Source of the DNA: Verrucomicrobiia bacterium
Lineage (GTDB): Bacteria > Verrucomicrobiota > Verrucomicrobiia > Limisphaerales > UBA11358
Assembly (NCBI GenBank): GCA_035605035.1
Contig: DATNHI010000106.1
Span: forward strand, 849-64,848
Direction of reading: 5' to 3'
Length of the DNA: 64,000 nt
The notes beneath the pieces were generated by a model that ran no database searches, was not told the DNA's origin, and worked only from the letters and a program-made list of their open reading frames with translations. The stretch's first letter is position 1. Each line of letters begins with the position of its first letter. Positions 57,119 through 64,000 of the stretch are shown in pieces. Made by a program: the position numbers and the translations under genes.

Positions 57119-58549
57119 ATGAAAACGGTTTATACTGCGATTATTTTCGTGCTGTTGATGACAGACTGTTTCGGCCAGTCTTTTTCGTATCCGACCAATG
57201 CCACGCTACGATGGAAACTGCCATTGGCTGGCGCATCGTTTGCTTTACCGGCTGTTGGGCCCGACGGAATAATTTATGTGATGCAGGATGCCTACCCTGG
57301 CCCTAATCTTTGGGCCATCAATCCAAACGGCACCACCAATTGGGAAAGCACCTTGTATGATGGCACGGTTTCGGTGCCAGTGGTTGGGTCCGACGGAAAT
57401 CTTTATATTTTCGCCACCACTAACTTCGGGAACTTCAATCTCTTCGCGCTCAACCTTGCTGATGGCAGCACGAATTGGTTCTATGTCGGCGATTCTGCTT
57501 CTGAAGGCTCTGATTGCCTCATGCCGGCACTTGATGCCGATGGCACCGTTTATTTTTGCACAAGCGCCGGCGCTATTGATGCCGTTACGAATGGTGTGCT
57601 TGAATGGTCGGCTCTTGGCGATATCGGTCTGGCGGATGGTTCGCCGGTGGTCGGGGCCGACGGCACAATTTATGCCTTTGCGGATGATTCACCACTGCAA
57701 TTCTACGCATTGAATGCCGATGGTTCTTTGAAATGGTCAACGAATTATCCCGGAGTCAGTTTTCCAGCTTATCCTCCGGCCATCGCAGCGGACGGCACCA
57801 TCTATTTTTCCGGCGGTCAGTATTTTTGTGCAGTTAATCCCGCCGATGGTTCAATCGAGTGGGAATTTTCAGCGGCAAATTTTGCGTTTAATTTTGAAAA
57901 TCCTGAAGTTGGCCCGAATGGGACAATTTATATCGAAGCCGTTTCTGACTCAGCTAATATAGCTACTGCTTATACGAATTTATTGTATGCACTCGCGCCG
58001 AACGGCACGGTTGAGTGGACCTTCCCCTTGCCTCAATACTATTCAGCTCATCCCCCGTCATTTCACGAATCCTCGTGTGCGATTGCCGCCGATGGAGAGA
58101 TTTATGTGACTACCACGGCTGGCACGGTTTACTCCATTGCTCCCAATGGGACCATGAACTGGTCGTTTCACACAAATTCAACCGGCTTGCACGCGCCCGT
58201 CATTGGGCCGGACGGCACAGTTTATGTGGACAGTTATGATAATGCCAATCTGTTTGCGTTTTACGGCCCCGCTCCGGTAGCTTGCAGTGCCTGGCCGCAA
58301 TTCAATAAAAATTCGAGACATGTTACCGCCGCCGCAACGGCGTATTTGAGCTCACTATTCATGCGCACCAACGGGTTTCAATTCAACATTACCGGAACCA
58401 GCAACCAGCCGGTTTGTTCCTGTGCCTCCAGTGACCTTGTGAACTGGACCAATATCGGCCGGATTGTTTTAACGAACGGAACTGCAAGTTTTGTGGATGC
58501 CCAATCCACTAATTTCCCGCGCCGATTTTATCGAGCTTTGCCGCAATAG
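57119..58549 (+). CDS. secreted PQQ-like/BamB-like beta-propeller repeat protein with C-terminal beta-sandwich-like tail
   Basis: Repeats DG.IY......L.A.N..DGS..W. Signal-like MKTVYTAIIFVLLMTDCFG. C-terminal ...FQFNITGTSNQP...SSDLVNWTNIG...FVDAQSTNFPRRFYRALPQ. AT-richer than flanks. Confidence 0.7.
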   Translation: MKTVYTAIIFVLLMTDCFGQSFSYPTNATLRWKLPLAGASFALPAVGPDGIIYVMQDAYPGPNLWAINPNGTTNWESTLYDGTVSVPVVGSDGNLYIFATTNFGNFNLFALNLADGSTNWFYVGDSASEGSDCLMPALDADGTVYFCTSAGAIDAVTNGVLEWSALGDIGLADGSPVVGADGTIYAFADDSPLQFYALNADGSLKWSTNYPGVSFPAYPPAIAADGTIYFSGGQYFCAVNPADGSIEWEFSAANFAFNFENPEVGPNGTIYIEAVSDSANIATAYTNLLYALAPNGTVEWTFPLPQYYSAHPPSFHESSCAIAADGEIYVTTTAGTVYSIAPNGTMNWSFHTNSTGLHAPVIGPDGTVYVDSYDNANLFAFYGPAPVACSAWPQFNKNSRHVTAAATAYLSSLFMRTNGFQFNITGTSNQPVCSCASSDLVNWTNIGRIVLTNGTASFVDAQSTNFPRRFYRALPQ

Positions 58550-58562
58550 CCGGTTTAATTTT

Positions 58563-59354
58563 ATGAAAAACATTTCAAATTATTGGCGCCGCCCGCGCGC
58601 GGGTTTCACTCTCGTCGAACTCCTCACCGTCATCGCCATCATCGCCATCCTGGCGTCCATGCTGTTGGTGGTGCTGTCGGCGGCCAAAAAGCACGCGTTA
58701 AGGGTCCAGGCGCACACGGAGGTGGTGGAAATCGCCAATGCCATCGAGAAATACGATTCGGATTACGGACGGTTCCCGGTTTCGACCAACGCGCAATTGG
58801 CGGCCTCGGCGGCGAAGAGCGACTTCACGTACGGCTGGGTGTTCAATACGCCGTCCACTCCGTGTCAAGTTGAGACTTACTTCACCAGCGGCGTCATTCA
58901 AAGCAACGCCGAGGTCATCGCGATCCTGATGGACAACACCACGCTCGCCAACGGGGTGAACACCAACCATGTCAAGAATCCGCAGCAAACCATCTTCCTG
59001 AACGCCAGAATGTCGGGCTACGACCCGTCGGTGGATAAAGGGCAAGCGCCGGGCGGCGTGGACGTGAACGGCGTTTATCGCGACCCGTGGGGCAATCCCT
59101 ACATCATCAGCATGGACCTGAGCTACGACGAAAGTTGCAAGGACTCGTTTTACTGCCGCACCCTGGTTTCCAATTCCGCCGGGTTAAACTCGAATCCGGG
59201 CTTGAACGGCCTGGTCAATCCCAACAACAGCAAAGACAATTTCCAATACCACGGCAAGGTCATGGTCTGGTCCGCCGGGCCGGACGGGCAAATTGATCCG
59301 AGGAGCAACGCCAATGCCGGCGTCAACAAAGACAACGTGTTGAGCTGGCAGTAA
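58563..59354 (+). CDS. gspG: GspG-type major pseudopilin
   Basis: Canonical leader MKNISNYWRRPRAG|FTLVELLTVIAIIAILA and C-terminal DPWGNPY motif. ATG 58563 preferred over ORF track 58491. Confidence 0.85.
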   Translation: MKNISNYWRRPRAGFTLVELLTVIAIIAILASMLLVVLSAAKKHALRVQAHTEVVEIANAIEKYDSDYGRFPVSTNAQLAASAAKSDFTYGWVFNTPSTPCQVETYFTSGVIQSNAEVIAILMDNTTLANGVNTNHVKNPQQTIFLNARMSGYDPSVDKGQAPGGVDVNGVYRDPWGNPYIISMDLSYDESCKDSFYCRTLVSNSAGLNSNPGLNGLVNPNNSKDNFQYHGKVMVWSAGPDGQIDPRSNANAGVNKDNVLSWQ

Positions 59355-59360
59355 TCCCCA

Positions 59361-59454
59361 AAAGCTAAAGGCTAAATGCTAAAGTCTAAAATACAGCTTG
59401 TGCGCCGGGCGCGGGAAAGAAGTTCAGCCTTTAGCCTTCAGCCTTTGGCCTTGG
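59361..59454. repeat. heptad-periodic inverted repeat (gctaaag / ctttagc units) at a pseudopilin 5' end
   Basis: aagctaaaggctaaatgctaaagtctaaaa ... gttcagcctttagccttcagcctttggccttgg. Confidence 0.8.
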
Positions 59455-60293
59455 TTTGCTCCGCCTTCACGCTCATCGAGCTGCTGGTGGTGATTTCCAT
59501 CCTCGGCATCCTCGCCGCGTTGACCGTGCCGGCGTTCAAAAATTTCGGCAAATCAAGCGTCAACCTCAGCGCCTCGCGGCAGATGCTCGACGCCGTGGCG
59601 CGCGCGCGCCAGCTCGCCATGAGCCAGCGCACCACCGTTTATATGGTCTTCGTCCCGACGAATTTCTGGAACGGCAACTCGGGGAGCTGGCCCAACAGTT
59701 GGTGGAGCGGTCCGCCCGGCCCCGGCCTGACGCCCGCGCAAAAAACCGCCGCCACCAATCTGTGCAGCGACCAATTGAGCGGCTACAACTTCATGGCCTA
59801 CGGCGCGATGGGCGATCAGCCCGGCCAGCATGCCTGGCATTATCTCGGATCGTGGCAGACGCTGCCCGACGGCGCGTTCATCGCCCAGTGGAAATTTGGT
59901 CCAAGTTATTTGACCAATTACGTGATTGACCTGGTCAATGGCGCCACCTACCCCGTCGCCGGGTTTCAGCGGACGACCGGTTTTATTCCGTTCCCGACCC
60001 AGGATTCGCCCATCGCGACCACCGTAACGAACCTGCCTTACCTCGCGTTCAATTATCTCGGCCAGTTGACCACCGAAGAATTGACGCCCGCGCCGCTGAC
60101 GCGGGACGCCTATGTCCCGCTGGCGCGCGGCAGCGTGCTGCCCGCCGTCAATCCCAACAAGGCGTTGCAATTCGGCAATCCCGACGTTGCGGAAATGCCG
60201 CCCGGCAACAGCACCAACATTTCCTACAACCTCGTTCACATCAACTGGCTGACGGGCCGCGCGGTCCTGGAATATCACAAAATGGGGCCATGA
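59376..60293 (+). CDS. minor pseudopilin (GspH/FimT-like)
   Basis: SAFTLIELLVVISILGILAALTVPAF...ASRQMLDAVARARQLAMSQRTTVYMVF. Start uncertain (ATG 59376 inside the repeat, or TTG 59451). Confidence 0.7.
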   Translation: MLKSKIQLVRRARERSSAFSLQPLALVCSAFTLIELLVVISILGILAALTVPAFKNFGKSSVNLSASRQMLDAVARARQLAMSQRTTVYMVFVPTNFWNGNSGSWPNSWWSGPPGPGLTPAQKTAATNLCSDQLSGYNFMAYGAMGDQPGQHAWHYLGSWQTLPDGAFIAQWKFGPSYLTNYVIDLVNGATYPVAGFQRTTGFIPFPTQDSPIATTVTNLPYLAFNYLGQLTTEELTPAPLTRDAYVPLARGSVLPAVNPNKALQFGNPDVAEMPPGNSTNISYNLVHINWLTGRAVLEYHKMGP

Positions 60294-61225
60294 AAATTTC
60301 AAGCGAGTTCAGAGTCCAGAGTCCAGAGTCCCGAGTCAACCGACTGCGGGCTATGGACTGTGGACTGCCGACTGTGGACTGTGGACTGCGGACTGGCAAC
60401 TGTGAGTCCGCCTTCACCATGGTCGAGATCGCCATCAGCCTGGCGATCATCGGCATTGCGCTCGTCGCCATCATCGGCGTGTTGCCCATCGGCTTGCGCA
60501 CGCAACGCGACAACCGCGAGGAAACCGTCATCAACCAGGACGCCACCGTGTTCATCGAAGCCATCCGCAACGGCCAGTTCGGACTGAATGATTTGACCAA
60601 TTACGTCTATGCCATCACGAATTATTGGGTTTGGTACAACCCCGATGGCACCCCCAACCGGAACGGAGTGAACGGTTACACCTATTCGGCTGCCTCGGCC
60701 ACGCCGCCGTATCCGACGGCCCCGTTCCCCATCAGTAGCGGGACGAACATCATCGGGCTTTTAAGCACACCGGAATACGTTTTTTTAGACAAAAACGGAA
60801 ACGGAAACTTTGTGCCGACGAACAACCTGTTCAGCGGCGGCATCAGCAACCACGTCGTCGCTTATGTCCGCTCCTTGAGCGGGCCGGCGGAGGAGAAACC
60901 GCCGCAGAACAACGACATCGTGGTGGGCGATGCGTTTGCCTACCGCATCCTGTGCGTGAACGCGCCGCTGGCGATGGACACGAATATGTTCACCCTCACT
61001 GCCTTTCAACCCAACCAGCCGCGGTACAACGCGGCGTTGACGGCCAGCCTGCATGAACTGCGGCTGACGTTTCTCTGGCCGCAACTGCCCAATGGCGCGT
61101 TGGGCGCCGGCCACCTGACCTTCCGCACGATGGTCGCCGGACAGGTGTCACAGATTTTCACCAATAACCAGTGGCTGTATTTTTACCAGCCGAATTCCTT
61201 TACCAACGTCGTCGCCGCGCAATGA
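60290..61225 (+). CDS. minor pseudopilin
   Basis: SAFTMVEIAISLAIIGIALVAIIGVLP. Start uncertain (ATG 60290, ATG 60353 or an in-frame GTG); all lie inside the repeat. Confidence 0.65.
   Translation: MKISSEFRVQSPESRVNRLRAMDCGLPTVDCGLRTGNCESAFTMVEIAISLAIIGIALVAIIGVLPIGLRTQRDNREETVINQDATVFIEAIRNGQFGLNDLTNYVYAITNYWVWYNPDGTPNRNGVNGYTYSAASATPPYPTAPFPISSGTNIIGLLSTPEYVFLDKNGNGNFVPTNNLFSGGISNHVVAYVRSLSGPAEEKPPQNNDIVVGDAFAYRILCVNAPLAMDTNMFTLTAFQPNQPRYNAALTASLHELRLTFLWPQLPNGALGAGHLTFRTMVAGQVSQIFTNNQWLYFYQPNSFTNVVAAQ
60305..60396. repeat. heptad-periodic inverted repeat (agtccag / tgtggac units) at a pseudopilin 5' end
   Basis: gagttcagagtccagagtccagagtcccgagtc ... ctatggactgtggactgccgactgtggactgtggactgcggactgg. 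Confidence 0.8.
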
Positions 61226-62277
61226 CTTCGAAATTTCAAATGACGCATTTGCATCGTGCGGGGAGCACACCCGCCCCGGGTGTGATTGGACGCGCCTCGC
61301 GTCCAATGATGCAGAATAGCGCGGCGGTTGCGTCCGGGAAATTTCCCCGCGTTGCCGGGGTTTCTCGCGAGGGCGCGAAAACCTGCACCCGAGGCGGGTG
61401 CGCTCCCCGCGCGTTCACCCTCGTCGAAGTCCTGGTGGTGATGACGTTGTTGTCGCTCATCGTGCTGGCATTGATGGCGGTGTTCAACAGCACGCAGACG
61501 GCGTTCCGCGCCAGTGTCACGCAGACCGATGTGCTCGAAGGCGGACGCGCGGCGGCGGACCTGATGGCGTCGGACTTGCGGCAGATGTCGCCGTCGCTCG
61601 GCGGCAGCAGCGCGTTTATCAACGGTTTTTACTCCCAGACGCCGGTCAATTTTTACGTCAACACCAATTCCAGCCTGCCGCTCGTGCAATCGCTGCCCGG
61701 CAGCACCGCGCAGCGGGTCAACGTGTTGGAGGGCTTTTTCGCCCTGGGCCGCGGCAACCTGAACGGCAGTCCGGCCTGGATCGGCGTCGGTTATGCGGTG
61801 TATCCGGGATCGCAAACCGATTTGAACCCGCTTTATCGCTTTTACCTGGCCACGAACGTCGCCGCCGCCAGTCCGCAGACGCTGTTCACCAACTTTACCT
61901 ATGCGGTCCTGAGCGGTGCGCTGACGAACTGGAGCCATCTGCTGGACGGCGTGGTGACTTTGACCGTGCATGCCTATGACACCAACGGTGTCTGGATGAC
62001 AAACGGCTACGCCTTCGGATACACCAAGCTCCCGAAGAACATGCTCCTGCTGCCGTCCGCTCCGGGTGCAACCGGCTTCTGCATGTTCAGCAACACGCTG
62101 CCCGCGTCCGTTGAGATTGAACTGGGCGTGCTCGAAGACCGCACGCTCCAGCGCGCCGCGACCTGGCCGAACGGTTCGCTGGCGCAAAGCAACTATCTCG
62201 CGCAGCAGGCGGGCAAGGTCCACCTGTTCCGGCAGCGCGTGACCATTCCCAACGTTGACCCCTCCGCGTACCAATGA
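61222..62277 (+). CDS. minor pseudopilin (GspJ/PilW-like)
   Basis: RAFTLVEVLVVMTLLSLIVLALMAVF...DLMASDLRQ. ATGA overlap start at 61222 or ATG 61306. Leader region full of GC palindromes. Confidence 0.65.
   Translation: MTSKFQMTHLHRAGSTPAPGVIGRASRPMMQNSAAVASGKFPRVAGVSREGAKTCTRGGCAPRAFTLVEVLVVMTLLSLIVLALMAVFNSTQTAFRASVTQTDVLEGGRAAADLMASDLRQMSPSLGGSSAFINGFYSQTPVNFYVNTNSSLPLVQSLPGSTAQRVNVLEGFFALGRGNLNGSPAWIGVGYAVYPGSQTDLNPLYRFYLATNVAAASPQTLFTNFTYAVLSGALTNWSHLLDGVVTLTVHAYDTNGVWMTNGYAFGYTKLPKNMLLLPSAPGATGFCMFSNTLPASVEIELGVLEDRTLQRAATWPNGSLAQSNYLAQQAGKVHLFRQRVTIPNVDPSAYQ
61255..61412. repeat. composite GC-rich palindromic element covering the pseudopilin leader region
   Basis: Outer arms gcggggagcacacccgcc and ggcgggtgcgctccccgc. 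Nested hairpin attggacgcg-cct-cgcgtccaat. Confidence 0.7.
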
Positions 62278-62283
62278 AGAACA

Positions 62284-62377
62284 AATTTACGATTTACGAT
62301 TTACGATTTACGATTGGGGAAAAATCGGCAAAGGCCGCTTCCTTCAATCATCAATCATCAATCATCAATCGTAAATC
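62284..62377. repeat. heptad-periodic repeat (atttacg x4 ... aatcatc x3, aatcgtaaatc)
   Basis: aatttacgatttacgatttacgatttacgatt ... caatcatcaatcatcaatcatcaatcgtaaatc. Confidence 0.8.
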
Positions 62378-62387
62378 CCAATCGGGC

Positions 62388-64000
62388 ATGGCCCTGGTCA
62401 TCACGCTGATTCTGCTCTCGGTGACGCTCATCATGGCCGTCGCGTTCCTGGCCGTCAGCCGCCGTGAACGCAACGCCGTCACCACCACCACCGACACCGC
62501 CACGGCCCGGCTGGCGGCCGACGCCGCGCTCGCCAACGCCAAGGCGCAAATCGTCGCCAGCATCTTCGCGACCAACGCCGCCGCCTATAACTTCGGCCTG
62601 CTCGTCTCCACCAATTACATCAACGGAGTGGGCTTTCTAACCGCTCCTCCGTCAAGCTACACCAGTCTTACCAACGTCAATTATAATTATCCGGGCGGTG
62701 CCCCCATCTCCGGCAACGACCTCATCCAAGACGTGGCCAATCTGTTCTATCTCCCGCGCGCGCCGGTCTATCTGAGCAACCTGGTCACGCACGCCGTGGA
62801 AAACCGCTTTTATTTGGATCTCAACCGCAATGGCGTGGGTGACCCCAATGGCTGGGTGACGAACGTGGACAGCTTTGGCCGCGGTTTCGGAACCATGAGT
62901 TTCCAGGTCGGCGACCCGGAATGGATTGGCCTGTTGGACCATCCGGACGCGCCGCATGGGCCGAAGAACCACTTCGTTGCGCGCTACGCCTTCATCGCCG
63001 TGCCCGTCGGCAATGCGCTCGACCTCAACGCCATTCACAACCAGGCGTACGACACCGTCGCCAACCGCCCGCTCATTCCCCCGAATAACGAATTCTTCCG
63101 CAATCAAGGCGTCGGCTCGTGGGAAATCAATCTGGCCGCTTTACTTGCGGATTTGAACACCAACGAGTGGGGTCAAATCATTGACTTGCCTTCAAATCTC
63201 GGTGGTCCGGCGGGCGGGAGCGGTTTTTATCAATATAACGAACCCTTTACCTTCGATCATGGGCGGGCTTTCAACGACGCACTTTACTTGCTGGCCCACC
63301 GTTACGGGAACGATTACCGGTTGCTGGCCCCGGTTGGAGGGAACAGCCCCAATGGATTATTTACGACAGCAGCCGTTTTCCCGCCGTTTCAGAACAACAT
63401 TGACGCTTACGACAACGGACCGTTGCAAACGGCCTTCGCTGACATCAATGTCAGCGGGCAGAACATTCTTTTTCCTTGGGTCGGCGCGGACAACACCAAC
63501 CAATTCTTCACAATTGGCGAATTGTTCAACACCAACGAAACCGCTGCCTTCGGGATTGACTTGCTCAACGCCAACGCGAGCTTTTTCGGCGGGACAACCA
63601 ATTCCACCTACGACCGCTATACGTTCTACCGGATGCTGGATCAATTGGGGTCCGATTCCGCGCCGGACTCGGGCAAGATCAATCTCAATTACTCCAACGC
63701 CGTCGTTAATATCACCAACGGTCTGGTGGCAAACATTGCCGTCGTGCCCAACGCGGAAACCAATTTCGTTGGCTGGACCAATTTCTTCCTGGCGGCCGCC
63801 GACCGGCTGCTGCGGACTTACACGACGAACTGGTTCCAGGGAAGCACGCTCGATTGTTACACGAATTACACGACCGTGACCAACGTGGTCTTTCAGGATC
63901 CGTCCAATTATCTGGCGACCTATTACGGCATCCACACCAATTACTTTTCCTATGTTGATTCGCTGGGCCGTTTCATTTGGAATGCGCCCAACGGAATTGG
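62388..64000 (+). CDS. large GspK-like / pilus-associated protein, C-terminus beyond the window
   Basis: Absent from ORF track (no stop in window). I hand-translated from ATG 62388 to nt 64000 and found no stop. MALVITLILLSVTLIMAVAFLAVSRRERN... hydrophobic N-terminus typical of GspK/PilX-like proteins. SGKINLNYSN resembles the GspK-type INLN motif. Confidence 0.7.
   Translation, partial: MALVITLILLSVTLIMAVAFLAVSRRERNAVTTTTDTATARLAADAALANAKAQIVASIFATNAAAYNFGLLVSTNYINGVGFLTAPPSSYTSLTNVNYNYPGGAPISGNDLIQDVANLFYLPRAPVYLSNLVTHAVENRFYLDLNRNGVGDPNGWVTNVDSFGRGFGTMSFQVGDPEWIGLLDHPDAPHGPKNHFVARYAFIAVPVGNALDLNAIHNQAYDTVANRPLIPPNNEFFRNQGVGSWEINLAALLADLNTNEWGQIIDLPSNLGGPAGGSGFYQYNEPFTFDHGRAFNDALYLLAHRYGNDYRLLAPVGGNSPNGLFTTAAVFPPFQNNIDAYDNGPLQTAFADINVSGQNILFPWVGADNTNQFFTIGELFNTNETAAFGIDLLNANASFFGGTTNSTYDRYTFYRMLDQLGSDSAPDSGKINLNYSNAVVNITNGLVANIAVVPNAETNFVGWTNFFLAAADRLLRTYTTNWFQGSTLDCYTNYTTVTNVVFQDPSNYLATYYGIHTNYFSYVDSLGRFIWNAPNGI

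Noticed and set aside
56877-57122. GC-rich ORF MCTASKSAFDRGERLLAVDWQDCRWR... between the first pseudopilin and the PQQ-like gene; also considered as a ghost of the gspG 5' end.
   Set aside because: It is ORF-only with no recognisable domain. Similarity to the gspG start region is limited to ttttatg plus scattered matches. It could be a remnant, but this is unsupported.
1-64000. Search for integrase, transposase, recombinase or phage genes that could explain the cargo insertions, and for rRNA, tRNA or tmRNA.
   Set aside because: None was recognisable in any listed ORF or in the intergenic sequence I read. The insertions therefore cannot be attributed to a known mobile-element type from this window alone.

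Overview
GC-rich bacterial chromosomal segment. The pseudopilin cassette, the sigma-fusion genes and the palindromic repeat families suggest a Verrucomicrobiota-like organism (inference only). No rRNA, tRNA, CRISPR array, integrase or transposase was found. Housekeeping content: pgsA, apgM, ygfZ-like, dinB, purM, cydAB, purD, a single ORF joining LMW-PTP, RpiB and GlyA, rho, nusA-infB-rbfA-nrnA-truB-ribF, rpoD, kdpFABC with a split-off short kdpD, RNase P RNA, and a type IV pilus/T2SS-like locus (two PilB/GspE, PilT, PilC, six pseudopilin-like genes) that runs off the right edge. Two edge-truncated genes are missing from the ORF track: an ECF sigma at 1-480(-) and a large GspK-like ORF at 62388->64000(+). 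Main hunt results: (1) At five housekeeping gene ends (purM 5', purM 3', purD 3' twice, glyA 3', kdpC 3') the real gene end is followed by compact cargo and then a diverged ghost copy of the same gene end. Three of the six cargos are paralogous ECF-sigma/TM/coiled-coil fusion proteins, two of which have secretin-like C-termini. (2) Palindromic repeat elements sit in-frame inside ygfZ, purM, purD and a sigma-fusion gene. A structurally defined class of 7-nt-periodic inverted repeats fills intercistronic spacers, builds two peripheral hairpins of RNase P RNA, and encodes the prepilin leader regions of four pseudopilins. (3) A ydaO-type (c-di-AMP) riboswitch candidate lies upstream of kdpFABC. 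All calls come from reading the sequence and ORF translations by eye; no database search was run.
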